A DNA stretch of 59,108 nucleotides, the filler included, from Sphacelaria rigidula (lineage: Eukaryota): assembly GCA_964200075.2 (NCBI GenBank). It is 8 parts of 8 records of this genome, joined end to end, with 100 filler letters (N's around TTAATTAATTAA, not from the genome) between each part and the next. Parts side by side here need not be neighbours in the genome. Positions count along the whole stretch, not along the records: positions 1 to 7,301 come from CAXNAA020015543.1; positions 7,402 to 14,702 come from CAXNAA020015544.1; 6 more parts are not named here. One strand, given 5' to 3'. The notes beneath the pieces were generated by a model. It was not told the origin of the DNA. It ran no database searches and was given only the letters and a program-made list of their open reading frames with translations. The translations under genes and the position numbers were made by a program. Of this stretch, positions 1-12,792 are shown piece after piece (the stretch's first letter is position 1; each line of letters opens with the position of its first letter).

Positions 1-2068
1 GGGACGGAGCACGCCGGGTTTTCGCCGGACCAAGCTAATAGGGGGGGGGGGGGTAGGCTCCTTGCACATACCTCATGTGCATCGTGTTAAAGTTTTGTAG
101 GAAGAAACTTAGAATTGAACTGCGCAACCGCGTCTTTCTGTCGGAAACCGATTGACTTGCTTTTTGAATACAACTTCAGCCGGAACTTTTACGCTTTCTA
201 CAAGCTTTGTTCACCCACTGCTCACCGGTTCGCACGGTACTACCACACGCCTGGGCGCGCTCGGGGCCTCGTCTGCGCGCCATCTTAGACTGTATCTAGA
301 AGAGATGAAATCTACAAGAGCCGGTCAGTTTCAATCACAAATACACGCGTCACTTGAATCGACGACGGCGCTCATACAAGATGTACTATTTTTATAATAC
401 ATTCTACAACAAACCTGCGACTGACGTTGCTGTACACCTGTACATAACAGGAGGATATAAACTGCTGCTCGTGTTGTTGCTGTGCCCCTCTGGATGCAGT
501 TTGCTGTTGTGTTGATATTTCAACGCGGTTTTCTCGGCAGCCAAGCAGAGAATTGGACTGCGGTTTGATGCGTGCGCTTCCCACACACCAGAACTAGTCA
601 CTGTTGCGGCGGATTTTCGTAACGCGTGCCGCAGAGGCCGCAGGCAGCACTCTGCAAACCGCAAAAACGTACTTGAAAACGCGTTTCCTTTAATGTTCTG
701 GGGCTTTTCGGGTCCACTCTGTCGAATCGAGCGAATCCGCCCTAACACTGACTAGATCTACTGTGTATGCGGTGGCCTGTGACGTGCCACAGGCTGGTTT
801 GCTTCCTGTATCGAGAAAGACGCGAAAAACAAATTGCAGCTGTCGCATACTAAACCTAGGTAAGTTGGGATGGGGCGTGTGTTCTGTTCGGTAGAGATTC
901 GGCACAGATCCGACCAATCGATGACGTCTTTACCATCCCTACGCGTTTTTTTTCGCCCACGAAATTTTGGCCGCTAGGGCCCCCATTCACGGGCATAACA
1001 GTACGACACGCCCACAGTACGACACGCCTACAGTACGACATACATTGTTGTACAACCATAATGGGTGCGGTACCACGACTTGCGACCGCGGCACAATCGA
1101 CTGTAGCCGAAAATTCGATTTCAGCCGTTTTTTTTCTTGTAATTCCGCAGCATGTGTCGCCCTCAACTATCTACATTTCGCAGGTGGTTACAGTTTGGTT
1201 TTTCGTTTGATGGGAACTTGTCGGATCGCAGTGCCACGTAGACTGAGAGACACGCGTTGATATGCCGATTTGCACAATGTGTCATAGTAGGCATAACTCA
1301 CGGTACATCGGGAGTGAGAACAGGCCGAACGGACGTGAGCTTCAGGGGCGACCCAGCTTGTACTCGTCTCACGCCCCAAATCGTATGTTGTCTACCCTGT
1401 TGCTGAAGTAGCTTGGTTGACCGTTTGGTCGGCTGACTGGTCGAGTAGTTAGTTAATCATTGCACATGAGTTGATCCGCTGACGCATACCATGATGATCA
1501 TACCACGGTTCAGCCGTAGATAATGACGATAACAAAGCTCAAATACTGTGTGGTGAGTAAGTAGTGAGGCGTTACTTTGCACTCTCTGTATCACAGTAGT
1601 TGATCGTCAAATCGTGCGTGTTGTACCGTATTTTCTAGCTCCGCCTTTTCCCTCCTCATTCTTCCGTGACGAGATTGCGCGCCTACTTTCTCCATTCGTT
1701 CGTTCATTCATTTGTGTGGCCAAATTTTTGTTGTTATTTTTTTCGTCGGTATCTTCGGGGGCGACCGTTCTAGTTCTTAACGTGGCGTCTATGTCACTCT
1801 AATTCCGCTTTATCATCGCCTCGTATGCTTGTAAGTTTAAGATTCGCCCCTTTTTATTATTGAGTTTTCAATCGGCGACGGTTTTCCGTTCTTGTTTCAT
1901 CGTGGGAGGTGGATATTTATTTGGTGTGAATACAGCTGGGTTCATGGCGATCAGTTTATGCGCGACAATCAATCCCTTAAATTAATCAGTCGATATTTCG
2001 TCAGTCCACCTTATCAACTAGAGGCTTCACGGTGAGGTGTTTCTTCTTCGTGTCTTCTTTTTCTTTAA

Positions 2069-2302
2069 CCCTTCGGGAACTAGACTCCCAGGGAATGTTT
2101 TTTTTGTTTGTGAATCGGCGTCTTTTTCATTCATTTTCAAGTCAAAATGATGCCAATTCGCAAAGATTCCATGGTTGAGACAAATCATCACGACTCATAA
2201 TCACCAAATTCANNNNNNNNNNGTAATTTCCAGACGAATCATTATTTGTCCGACCCTTGAAAGATTCACAAAACAAAAATCAGCACTCAAGTTCCCAAAG
2301 GG
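2069..2302. mobile_element. piggyBac-like MITE
   Basis: TTAA|CCCTTCGGGAACT ... AGTTCCCAAAGGG|TTAA: 13-bp TIR with 1 mismatch, CCC terminus and TTAA duplication (2065-2068, 2303-2306). Contains a 10-N gap. Confidence 0.75.
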
Positions 2303-3083
2303 TTAATAATGTGCTGTACTTGCAGGCAGCCACGACGACGCCAGTTAGTGTCCACGTCATCCTAAATTTTCATGCGTACTGTTTGTATCAACAACTAAAT
2401 GGAGTAAATGACGGCGAAAATTTGTATCCAAATGGTCATAAACCGTATTAAAATAAATCGAATCGAACGCGTGCTCATGAAGAAATACTATTGCAACATT
2501 TTCGTACTGTTGTATAAAAAATATCGTGTTCAAGATTTTAACGAGAACTTTTGTTTTTTTACCGAAGACGAAAAGCTCATACAAACAATATAGTTTTCGA
2601 AAGGCACTCCCTTGTAGCTTTTACTGTACTTCAGTTGTGTCAGGTTCCCACCATTTTTACTGTCCTCTTTAACCCTTGGCGCTTTATACCGTGGCGTTTT
2701 TGTGTGTGAGTGTGGGGGGGGGGGAGGGGGGGCAGGGGCAAGACAGGGGAGGTGGAAGTTGCTTGCATAATATCTTGAAAAATCCTCTGTAGTGATCGAA
2801 GAGGACCATCGCACTACGCGCTCATTATCATATATAACAACGTTTTCCTGAGGTTGAGAGTAGAGTATACGATTGAGAGTGAAAAGCGGTCAAAAAGCAA
2901 ATTAATCGTTTCAGTTCCGAAATGCCCCTCCACGAGGCCCGATATGCCAAGGATATCGACGTGTAGCTTTAAGCACCCGCTAGTGATGGAGTAAAAAAAA
3001 AATACACACGGAATGAAAGATTCGCCAAGTGAGTGACCGAAGCCACTCTCAATCAGCGCTCTACTTTCAATCTCACGAAAACT

Positions 3084-4431
3084 TTGTTATATGTACATGT
3101 ATAATTTTACATTTTTCACCACTTTCATCAAGTTTTCTCTGGCCGCAAGGCCTTTTCCCCCGCATTTTGTTTTGCAGCGCACTGAGAAGGCTCAGTGGTA
3201 TATTACCGTTCAGGTTTGGGCGTCATCTGATATCTGTGGCGCGTGTTCTGGCCACCGAAAGTCGCCAAACTGGCCCTTTTTCGCGGGGTGTCGATCCCGA
3301 ACCACAAAAGCCTCTTCGAGAGCATGAAAAACTTAAAACAAAACCCCGATTCACAAAAAAATCCTGTCGAAGATCATGGAAATATTTAAACAGGATTACT
3401 TTTGGCGGGGTATTTCTCCCCCGTGTTTCGCTTTGTCGCGTTCTCGGTCATTTGGGAGCACGAACACACGGGTTATGCCGTCAATGTCACGAGAACATGA
3501 GAGCAAAGCAGTTGAAGACAATTGAACACTGCCTTGGCCTTCGTCAGTAGCAAACACAAGACCGTGTATTGGGCCGTTGGCGAATTGAACAAAGCACAGC
3601 AGCACAGCAGCACAGGAATGTTTTGCCGCGAAAAAAATCACCCTCTTTTGAGAAAAGGCCCGGTGGTGTGGAAGCCACAACAGTGATGTACGAAGAGTAT
3701 GCCAAGAATGTTCCACGCAGTCCAATTTTTCGAAAAGTGCCTTCCGCTGTCATGTCTTCGTGAGCTACTTCGCACTCTGGCACCTCGGGTATACCACACA
3801 CGTCCTACGCTAGCGGTTCCGCCGTCGGCCTCCGTCCAAATTCCTATATTTCCGAGCGACATCCGGTAACACGTACGAGGTTTTGTGCAGCCACGATCAC
3901 TACTTTACATTGAGATACAACAGTAGCTTCTCTTAGCCATATATATTCGACTTGCGTCACCCCCGGGAGGCCCGTACCAACCAACCTCCCGAAGGGAAAG
4001 CTTGTATATGTACATGTATCATTTCGCATTTTTCACCACTTTTGCCGAGTGTTCTGTGGCTGCAAGGCATCTTAGCCCGCGCTTTCTTCTGCAGTGCACG
4101 AAGGAGGGTCAGCGGTACATTACAGTTCAGGTTTGGGTGTCATCTGATACCTGTGGCGCGTGTTCTTGCCATCGAAAGTCGCCCACACTGGCTCTTTTTT
4201 GCGCGGTGTCGATCCCGAACCACAAAAGCCTTTCCAAGATCGTGGAAACTTCAAACAAGAGCCATAAAAGCCCGCTCATGGCGGGGTATATTTTCACCGT
4301 GATTTTCTGTGCGTTCTCGATGTTTTGGGAACACGAAGACGGTGGTTATGCAGCGAATGTCACGAGAACATGAGAGCAAAGCAGTTGCAAACAGCTGGAC
4401 GTTGCCTTGACTTAGTCAGCAGCAAACACAA
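3084..4431 (+). repeat. Two diverged direct copies of a ~430-480-bp repeat (3084-3560 and 4002-4431)
   Basis: Colinear similarity from TATATGTACATGTAT to GTCAGYAGCAAACACAAG. The matching short ORFs (3029/3952 and 3091/4002) are paralogous shadows of the repeat. Confidence 0.8.
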
Positions 4432-5239
4432 GTCGAATGATCTGAGATCCCTTATCATTTAGTTTCGACGTGAAGCCTCGAACACGGTCATATCTGCGTA
4501 ATATGTGCCCCAATTATGCGAACGTAACAATCCACAAAAAAAGCATCGTGAACAACACTGAAGAATGTGTAGATTGGTACTAGAGGAAGGGGTCACAGTC
4601 ACAGCTGCAGCAGGGGAAGTCGCTGATGGACCGGTGTGCATTGATACGGTGGATACCCACGGTGCGTGGCATTTTTCGTTTTTTCAACACCCTGCTGTCT
4701 GATGACGGCTAGATAGAGTGGGTACAGTGATGGTTGATCACGCAGGCTGCGACGGATCCTGCCGGCCTCATCATCAATCTTCGCCCAGTTATGGACGAAC
4801 GCTCGAAGAAACCCAGCAAACAAGCATCGTTTATGGTCCGCTATATATGTGAGGATTGGGAGCTGAACATTTCCGCTTCAAAAATCTCGACAGTCGAAGA
4901 TTGAGCGCCTGTCGCGCGACCAGTGGGTAGTGCTGCGGACCTTTGCCGGCGTACCTGGCACTGGGTGCGACATCCCGGTACAGACAGTCTCATCACTACC
5001 GGGACGACCGTGCACAGGCCGGCAGCCGGAATGGCCGTTACACTAGTGTTATTCTAGCGTTAACAAATTAGAGTACGGCCGCGCAGGCTTTGCACGCGAA
5101 TATTTCGGTGATTGCCTCACTTTCACTTCGGTCATGTGCTGTGGATTATTTGATTATTTCACTATCTCACCGCCTGATATGTATGGAAATGTATTGCACC
5201 CTAGACAAGAGCTTGCTACAGTCAGTAAACAATTTAAAA

Positions 5240-5560
5240 ACATGTACTGTGCACAGTATAGGAGCTATTGCCTTCTGCGACGTGCACAATACTCTTACAA
5301 AAGTGGGAACTGCGCGCAGTATGACTTCGAGACAGTGTAGAGATCTCCACGCAGTATGAATTGTTACAGCCGCCTTGCGCGCCATAGCGGCTGTGTTACC
5401 ATCCGCTCAAGATACGGGCAGAAATTATAGCGGCAGAGGCGGCTTATTACTCTTGCGTGTGCCTCCTAGGGCAAGTGAACACTTAGCTGCAACACCGACC
5501 GCTGTACTAGATGTGGCAGAGCGAGGGGTGGTACACCACGTACACACGGGCAGCAAGCAA
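5240..5560 (+). repeat. Dispersed repeat; an inverted relative lies at ~57137-57595
   Basis: Shared blocks such as CGCGCCATAGC(G/T)GCTGTGTTACCAT...CAAGATAC. Shadow ORFs 5375 and 57308 both read RAIAAVLP..AQDTG...RGGL.LLR. Confidence 0.7.
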
Positions 5561-7301
5561 TATCATACATATATACTGTATACAAGTGTGATTTGAAATC
5601 CGTGCGCGCGGGGTCGGGCCGGCATTTAGAGAACCCTCCACAAGTTCGCCGTGTACTACCGGGACGCGACCTTATTTCAGTAGCAATCACTTGCGATGTG
5701 TGCTGTGACGGGTCTCGTGCGTGATGGTGTTTTTTCCACCTCCGCACACCGCCCGTGAAGCGAGCTTTTCATGCTGGAAGTGTCCACCGCTCTTCCCGCC
5801 TCTCTTGGTCTGAGACATTCGAAACTGCGGAAGATGACAGTACGAGTATTTACTGGAAGGCACGTATTCTCAGATTATCCCAAATAATTACCTCCATAAT
5901 ATAAAAAAGGAAAAACACTGGTATATTTTCGACTTGCGTCACCCCCGGGAGGCCAGTATCAACCTCCCGAAGGGGAACCTTGTCATTATATGTGTGAATA
6001 TTCATGAAGGGCGAATATATGCGATATTATATAATCGTTCATGAACATATGCTACATAATATATATGATACTAATATTACAATTATATAACATTTATGTA
6101 TAAATATGTAAATGAACATAGGCGAACATACACCCCGCAAAGCCCACCAAAATTTTCGGATTTTTTTGTCAATGTTCATTGATCAAATTTATTTGCAACA
6201 AAGTTAACAGAGAATATCCAAAAAATCAGGATAACTTAAATTGTCGAAAAAATGCCCTCCGGCATCTGAGGTCATCGGTACAGAACGGGCAAGGAGCAGA
6301 ACAAGCAGATATGCGAACCCCATAGAACCCACTAGACGTTTCGGTTTTTGTCGGCGTTTATTGATCATTTTGTTGTCACAAAATTAACAGAAAATATCAA
6401 AGCAGTGTTTATTGATCAATACCTCGCGACAAACTCAGCAAAACAAAATCGAAAAAATCATGACAATTTTCGAGAAAATGCCCTCCGGGAGGGGGGGGGG
6501 GGGGGGATAGGTGCCGCAAAAACTGCGACACGCGTCCCCCTGGGAGATACACGGTCATTTAATTAATCGATTGAGCAGGAACTCTNNNNNNNNNNACGAG
6601 ACAAAAACAAAAAAAAAAAGGAGAGAGTAGGGCCGGGGTGGGGGGGGGGGGGGGGGGTGGGGGGGGGGGGGGGGGGGGGGGCTACGTGCCCGAAAATTAT
6701 CTCCGCGCTGCCCCCTGGCAGCATGCTGGTATTTTGACGAAGCATTTCTGGATCAACTTGTTTGCGAGGCACAGACGGGTTTTGATTAATTTGGAAGGTA
6801 ACAACTAGACACGTTTTTGTGTATCCCCTTGTGCTAGCTCCGGGTATGTTCAGGTCTTGGTGATGCATTTACGCGCATACTGTGTCAAGCCACCCACGCT
6901 ACTTTGAGGGGAATGGGTTTTGTAGGGCGTTTGCTGACATGACGGGTATCAGCCTTGGCCGGCGTCGATGGATTATTTAGATATTTTACAGGCTGGATCA
7001 CGTTTATCACCCAAAAAACACTCATCATCGGCGAAATCTCACGCCGTTTTAAGGAGTTAGACCCTAAAAATTTGCACGAATGTTCTATGGGTAATTACGC
7101 AACTTTCGAAGGTCGAGGTTTTTCACTTATTTCACCGTTTTTCGGGGGTCCGAGTTTTTTGGGGGAAACCTCGACCCAACCGGACCCCCGTTTAACGGTA
7201 ACAGCCGGCGTCGATGGATTATTTAGATAACAGCCGATTTTCGAAAATGGGGTTGAAAAAAAAAATGAGGTTCAACTCAAAAGTCGTGCTTTCCCTGGCC
7301 T

Positions 7302-7401
7302 NNNNNNNNNNNNNNNNNNNNNNNNNNNNNNNNNNNNNNNNNNNNTTAATTAATTAANNNNNNNNNNNNNNNNNNNNNNNNNNNNNNNNNNNNNNNNNNN
7401 N
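7302..7401. other. Artificial contig linker (N44-TTAATTAATTAA-N44); the same linker occurs at 14703-14802, 22104-22203, 29505-29604, 36906-37005, 44307-44406 and 51708-51807
   Basis: Seven 100-bp linkers recur with an exact 7,401-bp period and separate eight 7,301-bp segments. TTAATTAATTAA places stops in all six frames. Confidence 0.97.
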
Positions 7402-7915
7402 TCTCCCCGCTACCATTGGAATTCTACCGGGTTCTTCTCATCTTGGTTACGTACAAGTACCGAGCACTTGTTAACGCTCGCTGTCATTTTCTATTTCCTA
7501 TTGCATTCTAGCGCCTTCTCTGCTGGCTTCTGCAATCCTTCTGGCGTCTCTGGTACCTCCACACAACCATCCGCGAACATCAATCGTGATACCTGATCTT
7601 GCCCCACCGTGACTCCTTGCTTTGCTGCTTCCATCGCTCTTACCAGATCATGAATACATACTTTGAATGATAAAAACCTTGAATAAACTGGGTGATAACG
7701 TACATCCGTGTGCAACTCCTTGTGAAGTAACGAAGTATTTTGATATTTCCCCGCCTAGCAACATAGCACTTTTCGCACATTCTGTCGCCATCTCCTTCAC
7801 CATTCTCCACATTTCCCCTCTAATGCCCGCTTTTCTAACATCTTTTCCCACAGCCCATTTCTCCTACGACTTTGTCATAGGCCTTCTGTACGTCTAGAAA
7901 GAAACAGTACGTCGA
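7402..7915 (-). pseudogene. Degenerate non-LTR retrotransposon (LINE) reverse transcriptase fragment
   Basis: Frameshifted RT motifs in the expected order: TYCFFLDVQKAYDKV, GIRGEMWRMVKEM, SQGVAHGCTLSPSLFKVFI, and LMFADG (decayed YADD/FADD). Truncated by the contig end. Confidence 0.9.
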
Positions 7916-9489
7916 TAGGCGGGGGGGGGTCTGCATTTGCTTTGCAGAAAAAAGCTTGGCGTGGAAACGGGTTAGAGGGGAGAGCGTGCTTGTCGTTCAT
8001 CGAGCCTCTTCCTCTCGTCTGTTGTAGTTTTGGTGAGTCGCTAAAACTTGGTTCTCGCAGGGGCATTGACAGCGTTTCACGGTGTCCATGCTTGCCTCTC
8101 CAGGGCTGGAGCGAGTTCTGGGCGGCGCCCGAGGCCACGAGGGGGTGAGGGGTAGGGGAGGCGTACTTTGTGCGGAGTCGGACCTGCCGCGTTCAAGCGA
8201 CCAGCACTTGCTACGGTACAGTGTGGTCGATATACGGGTGGCCAGAGGGGGGTATATCGAGGTGTATATCGCGACGTTTCACGCTACGGTTGGGATTGTG
8301 GGCATACATGCCATGTACCAGGGCGCCATCGTGAGGGTTTTTCATGTGCGCACTATGTACCGACACCTTGTGTGTATATGCGTTGGAAGTGACCGGTGTC
8401 AAGGCGTGGACCGCTACGGAACGCGCCGCTCAAGGTACACGGGAAGGGGCGGGAGCGGTTTCGCTTTTGGTGATCGTTCTGCGCGATTTCTCTTTCGATC
8501 GAGGCTTTGTTTTTGTGTTGTTGTTCTTTCAACTTTGGTGTTGCAGAGGCTTGTCTCGACCTGCGGATACACAGATAGTGACATTCGTTCTGTCGGGCGG
8601 GGGCGCGGGGACTTGGAGGTCGGGCGCCTTGCACCGGTAGCAGAATGATATTCAGACTCGACTGGTTTGAGGGATCTGGCATTTACCATGAAGAAGCAAG
8701 AGAACTACGACAAGAGTCGGCGAATGAGGTGGAGTTCTAGAAAGCGATACGTGTTTCATTTTAGGAGGCGACGGCGAGATGTTACTACGTAACTGTGTGC
8801 GTTCCTTGGCGGAGTCGTTTCGTAGTAGGTGTGTATATGTCGCTCGTGTTGTTCGACCGCAAATGTGACAATGTATCTCATCGATACTATTTTTCTTCAT
8901 TGCTGACCCCCTTTTGACGGGAGCTATTTTCGTGGTTACTCTAGAACGTGTGGGAAGCTGGGCCACGTAGTAACATGGGCACATCCGAAATATGCATGTG
9001 TTCTTGAGGGCCGCCAGCGACTAGGACAGTTACGTCATCGCTTCAAGCGCACCTCGACACACGAGCTGTTACCCTGATTTGCTTTGGGTGTCCAGAGTCC
9101 TCCTTCAAGCACGTGAGTTGGCGGGAGACACGCCTTGTTCTTCGAAATGATAGTCTCCACGGCAATAGCTGCATGCGAAAGAGTGCATGACCAACCTTCG
9201 GCTAGGTTCCATGTTGGGGAGATAAAAGGTGGTATGTTGGTAGGCCTCGATGAATGGGTGTTTGTAAGAGGTGGGTGTGAGATGCTCCTGCGATTCATCA
9301 CAGGGTACGCATGGGTAATGCATATCACATGTGCGTTTTGCACGAACGGACAGACACTCTTTAGGTGCATGGACTCTGGCGCGAAAACATGATGGGGACT
9401 TATCTGTACATTCGGGACCCAGACAGGACATGCACACGTGTCCGTTCGATGTTGTCCAGAGCTCATAGTTGATCGCTTGTTTGGCTAAT

Positions 9490-11050
9490 TTGATCGACCG
9501 TCGCATATTCACCCAACGCTAGGAATCCAGCCGTGGTCACAAAGTAGACCTACCGAAGGTGAATAAAATGGGTGCACTCGCTAACGAGAGCTCGAGATAA
9601 GAAAAGCGAAAGTAGAGTGGAAGAGTACACAGAGTAAAGTAGAAAACAAACATCGGGGCAAAACGGAAACGAAAACAAACAGAAACAAAAACAACAAAAC
9701 AATGAAAAAGAAAGTAGAGGATGGAAAAGACAGCAAAGGAGAGATGAGTAGCGCCGAGAACGTTCATGCAGCGGTCCTCATCAAAACAAGAGATGCAAAG
9801 AGTGAGCGCCCCCCACCATATGGCCTCAGGTGAGGAGACCGTACATGATCAGTCGAAACCAAACCAGAAAAACGGAAAGCTGCAAGGTCGTGGACACAGC
9901 TTGCGACCCAGCTATTCGGGAACAAAGAAAGAAAACGAAATGAAAGGAGGATGTCCGCGAAGGGAGAACAGAGGAGAAAACATAGGGGGAGAGAGCGTAA
10001 TATTAGAAGATAAAAAAGAGATGAAAACCAACTAACAGTGCAGAAGCTGTACTGGAACGCCGGTAGACAACGTCGCTACGCATACAAGCTGAAGAAGGGA
10101 ATTAAGAAGCGAGATGAACACACAGAGGTATCACGGTTTCCTGCTACCCCCGCCCCCCCCCCTCATCCCTAGCAGGAGCAAAGCGGGTTACTCCCTCGAA
10201 CATTTCCATCTCGGATTCTTCACGAGCTGTAGTTGTTGCCACCATGTGAGCCATAGCGACTTTCCTCTAGTAGAGCAGGCTCTCCTCCTGGCGGCTCTCA
10301 ACCCAACAGCCTGTTGCTCGTGACGTAGGTGGGATTTATCGCTTGCTTTGATTGATTGCCGCGCGTCCGCCGATCTTCAAGGGATCCGGTTGTGGTCACA
10401 AGATGGACATACTCACGGTAGACGAAACGGGAGCAATCGCTGAAGGGAACTCTCTAGAAAGGGGGAGAGTAGAGACGGGTAAAACGAACGGTGTAAGAGA
10501 AGCCCAAACAAGAAATTATCAGACCAACAGAGGAGAAAATATTGACTGCAACGTACAGTAAATGAAACAGAAAAGAGGAAAATAACACGAAAACACTGGT
10601 GCCGATGGGAAATAATGAAAATGGTGACAAACAAATGCCAAGCGTATGGAAAGAGAGAAAAAAAAAGGCAAACGGAGAATCAAGAAAATAGAAAAAGAAA
10701 TGGCCAGTTCCTGCTGCATGGCTTTAGGTGAAGAGACAACGTGCGAGAAACACACAAGTGGAGGAATATGACGTTGAAGCTACTTGGGATCCACACTAAT
10801 GGACATGAACGTCCACCCAAGAGCTCCACGGGTGCTAGGCACAAACATCACGAAAGCATAAAATGAAAGAAGAACAGGCAAGGCACAAAACGGATCGTCA
10901 CAGGTCTTCGCGTCGGCAAGCCTTCTCCAACTCCTCCGCCCTTTTCTTGGCCCACAGATGCCTCTTGCCCGCGTTCTTGGCGGCAATGATTCCACCTTCT
11001 TCACGACAGTGACTCAATCTTGCAGGTGTTGAACCTCCATACCGTAGACG
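9490..11050 (-). mobile_element. LINE-like 3' region(s): decayed ORF end, pyrimidine-rich 3' UTR and conserved tail
   Basis: The minus strand is pyrimidine-rich and ends in GTGACCACGGCTGGATT..., the same tail motif seen at 19990-20047 (-), ~47090-47165 (+) and ~1925-1985 (+). Boundaries are approximate. Confidence 0.5.
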
Positions 11051-11259
11051 AGCAATTCCCTCCGTTCTCCCTCCCATGGCAGATCCTATAACACACGTCG
11101 GTTCTCGTGGAGGCCGCCCCCCCTCAGTGTATTATGGAGGGTCGAGCAGCCCCTCTTGGCCCTTGTGCGGCCGACCGTCCGAACAGGGTGGCCTTCGCAA
11201 CCCCACTTCCGGGAACTTCAACCCCGGTACGATCAATCCCGCCGTATACAAGTCATTTT

Positions 11260-12792
11260 TTCAGGAGGTCGACGTCATCCGGCAATACCACCGCAGGCTG
11301 TCGCGGCATAGTCGAATGAGATCGACCTCTAGCATCAACGAGTTACACGGGGCAGGATTGACAAGACCGGGTTTGACGTTCCTGGATATGCATATCACGT
11401 CCGACATGGGATAACCGACCTTAGAAGCGACACAGTATGCCGGCAAGTGGAGCGGCACCACGCCGAGCAATACAACGGACGTGGCCACCAACTTCGCCGA
11501 CCAGATCCACGCTTGAACTGCCTTCCCTAGTTCAATCGACGACTATTCTCACTGTGATTGTCGGTCGGCATGTGGGCAAGAAGAGGAGCGGCATCATGCC
11601 GAGCAATACTGTTGTTTCAGCGATGCATGTCTGCATATCCCGAAGGATATCTGCTACTGTAGAGATTACTAAAACGTGAACAAATACAACGGACGTGGTC
11701 ACCAACTTCGCCGACCAGATTCACGCTTGAACTGCCTCCCCTCATTCAATCGACGACTATTCTCACTGTGATTGTCGGTCGGCATGCTTCCGGGGGTGGG
11801 ACGTTCATGCCTACATTCGATTCGACCTTGCCGAAGGTTGACCAACTTGATGGTTTGTCATACATGACGGGCATGAAATACATGACGTCAGAGCATAATG
11901 TTCTATGTCGCGCAGCATCACTGCAAGTGAACGCCGCGAGTATCATGGCTAATCTGAGGGATGAAGGGGCGTGATACCTTGGAGTTTCCCTAACCCCTTT
12001 CCCCCCCCTGCGGCGGGCCTTACAGCACACGCCTGAGCACAAGTACGGTAACCTTGTTTGCGAGAGCCTGGCTATGTGGTAAGTTGCGCGAAGAAACGTA
12101 CGTTGCGGAGAAACCTTCGCCAATGGCAGCGTCATCTCCGAAAAATGACCGAAAATTACATAATGACGTGACAAGTACCCATCCTGCGGGCAAAGCAAAA
12201 ATTATATTTGGTGAACGAAAAGAGGAAAGTTGTAACTTCTTTTGTCGTTATCCCTCCTCTCCGTCCAGCCGATCTAACAGCAATAGGTCTGAACCAAACA
12301 CGGTGACAGTGCAGTCAGAAAAAGAGAAGCCTGGGTGGACGCGGGTAACTCCATCGAGTGGGTGTGACAAGCAAACTTGGGGTGTGCGAGATCAATCTGG
12401 CGAATTGACGACGACTCTCAAAACGAGCCGTCTACAACAGTGAGCTGTGAGAGCTGTCTGCAGGAAGTGTAGGAAGAGAACGATTTTTGTAGTTATTCGC
12501 TTGTCGGGAGTAGGCTCAGGGACGGACGTGTCTACCTCAATATCAGACAGCGTGGACAGCCCATTTGCCATCGTCATCGAGGAACAAACACGGGATATCA
12601 AAAGACAGAATTTTCAACGCTGACAAGTAAGTGGTGCCGGTGACTTGGGCAGCATTAGCTTCGTGGATCTTATCGGAATTGAAGACGTTCGGTGCGGAGA
12701 CGAGAAGCAGGACAGGACAGTACAAAGCATCAACATGTTGGGATCTCGACGCAAGGATGAGGTGAGTGTTTTGTGGAGCTAGCTCGGTATCA
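11260..12792 (+). mobile_element. Probable 3' end of a decayed LTR retrotransposon: pol-tail remnant, PPT (11956-11969) and LTR-like segment 11972-12792
   Basis: The purine tract GAGGGATGAAGGGG is followed 2 nt later by TGATACC, and the matching inverted GGTATCA ends at 12792 (TG...CA). Upstream broken ORFs (QEVDVI...HGAGLTRP) loosely resemble a pol C-terminus. No second LTR is present in the contig. Confidence 0.4.
11469..11786 (+). repeat. 104-bp direct repeat (11469-11572, 11683-11786)
   Basis: Near-identical copies AATACAACGGACGTGG...GTCGGTCGGCATG with a few substitutions. Confidence 0.9.

Noticed and set aside
4600-4790. SET-domain-like GSVAACVINHHC on the minus strand
   Set aside because: Stops flank it, there is no ELxxDY motif and no splice support; too weak.
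7346-7357. TTAATTAATTAA as a biological repeat or PacI-type site
   Set aside because: It is always centred in N runs at an exact period, so it is an assembly spacer.
8082-9512. Overlapping 100-190-aa ORFs
   Set aside because: No recognisable motifs or exon signals; likely decayed repeat sequence.
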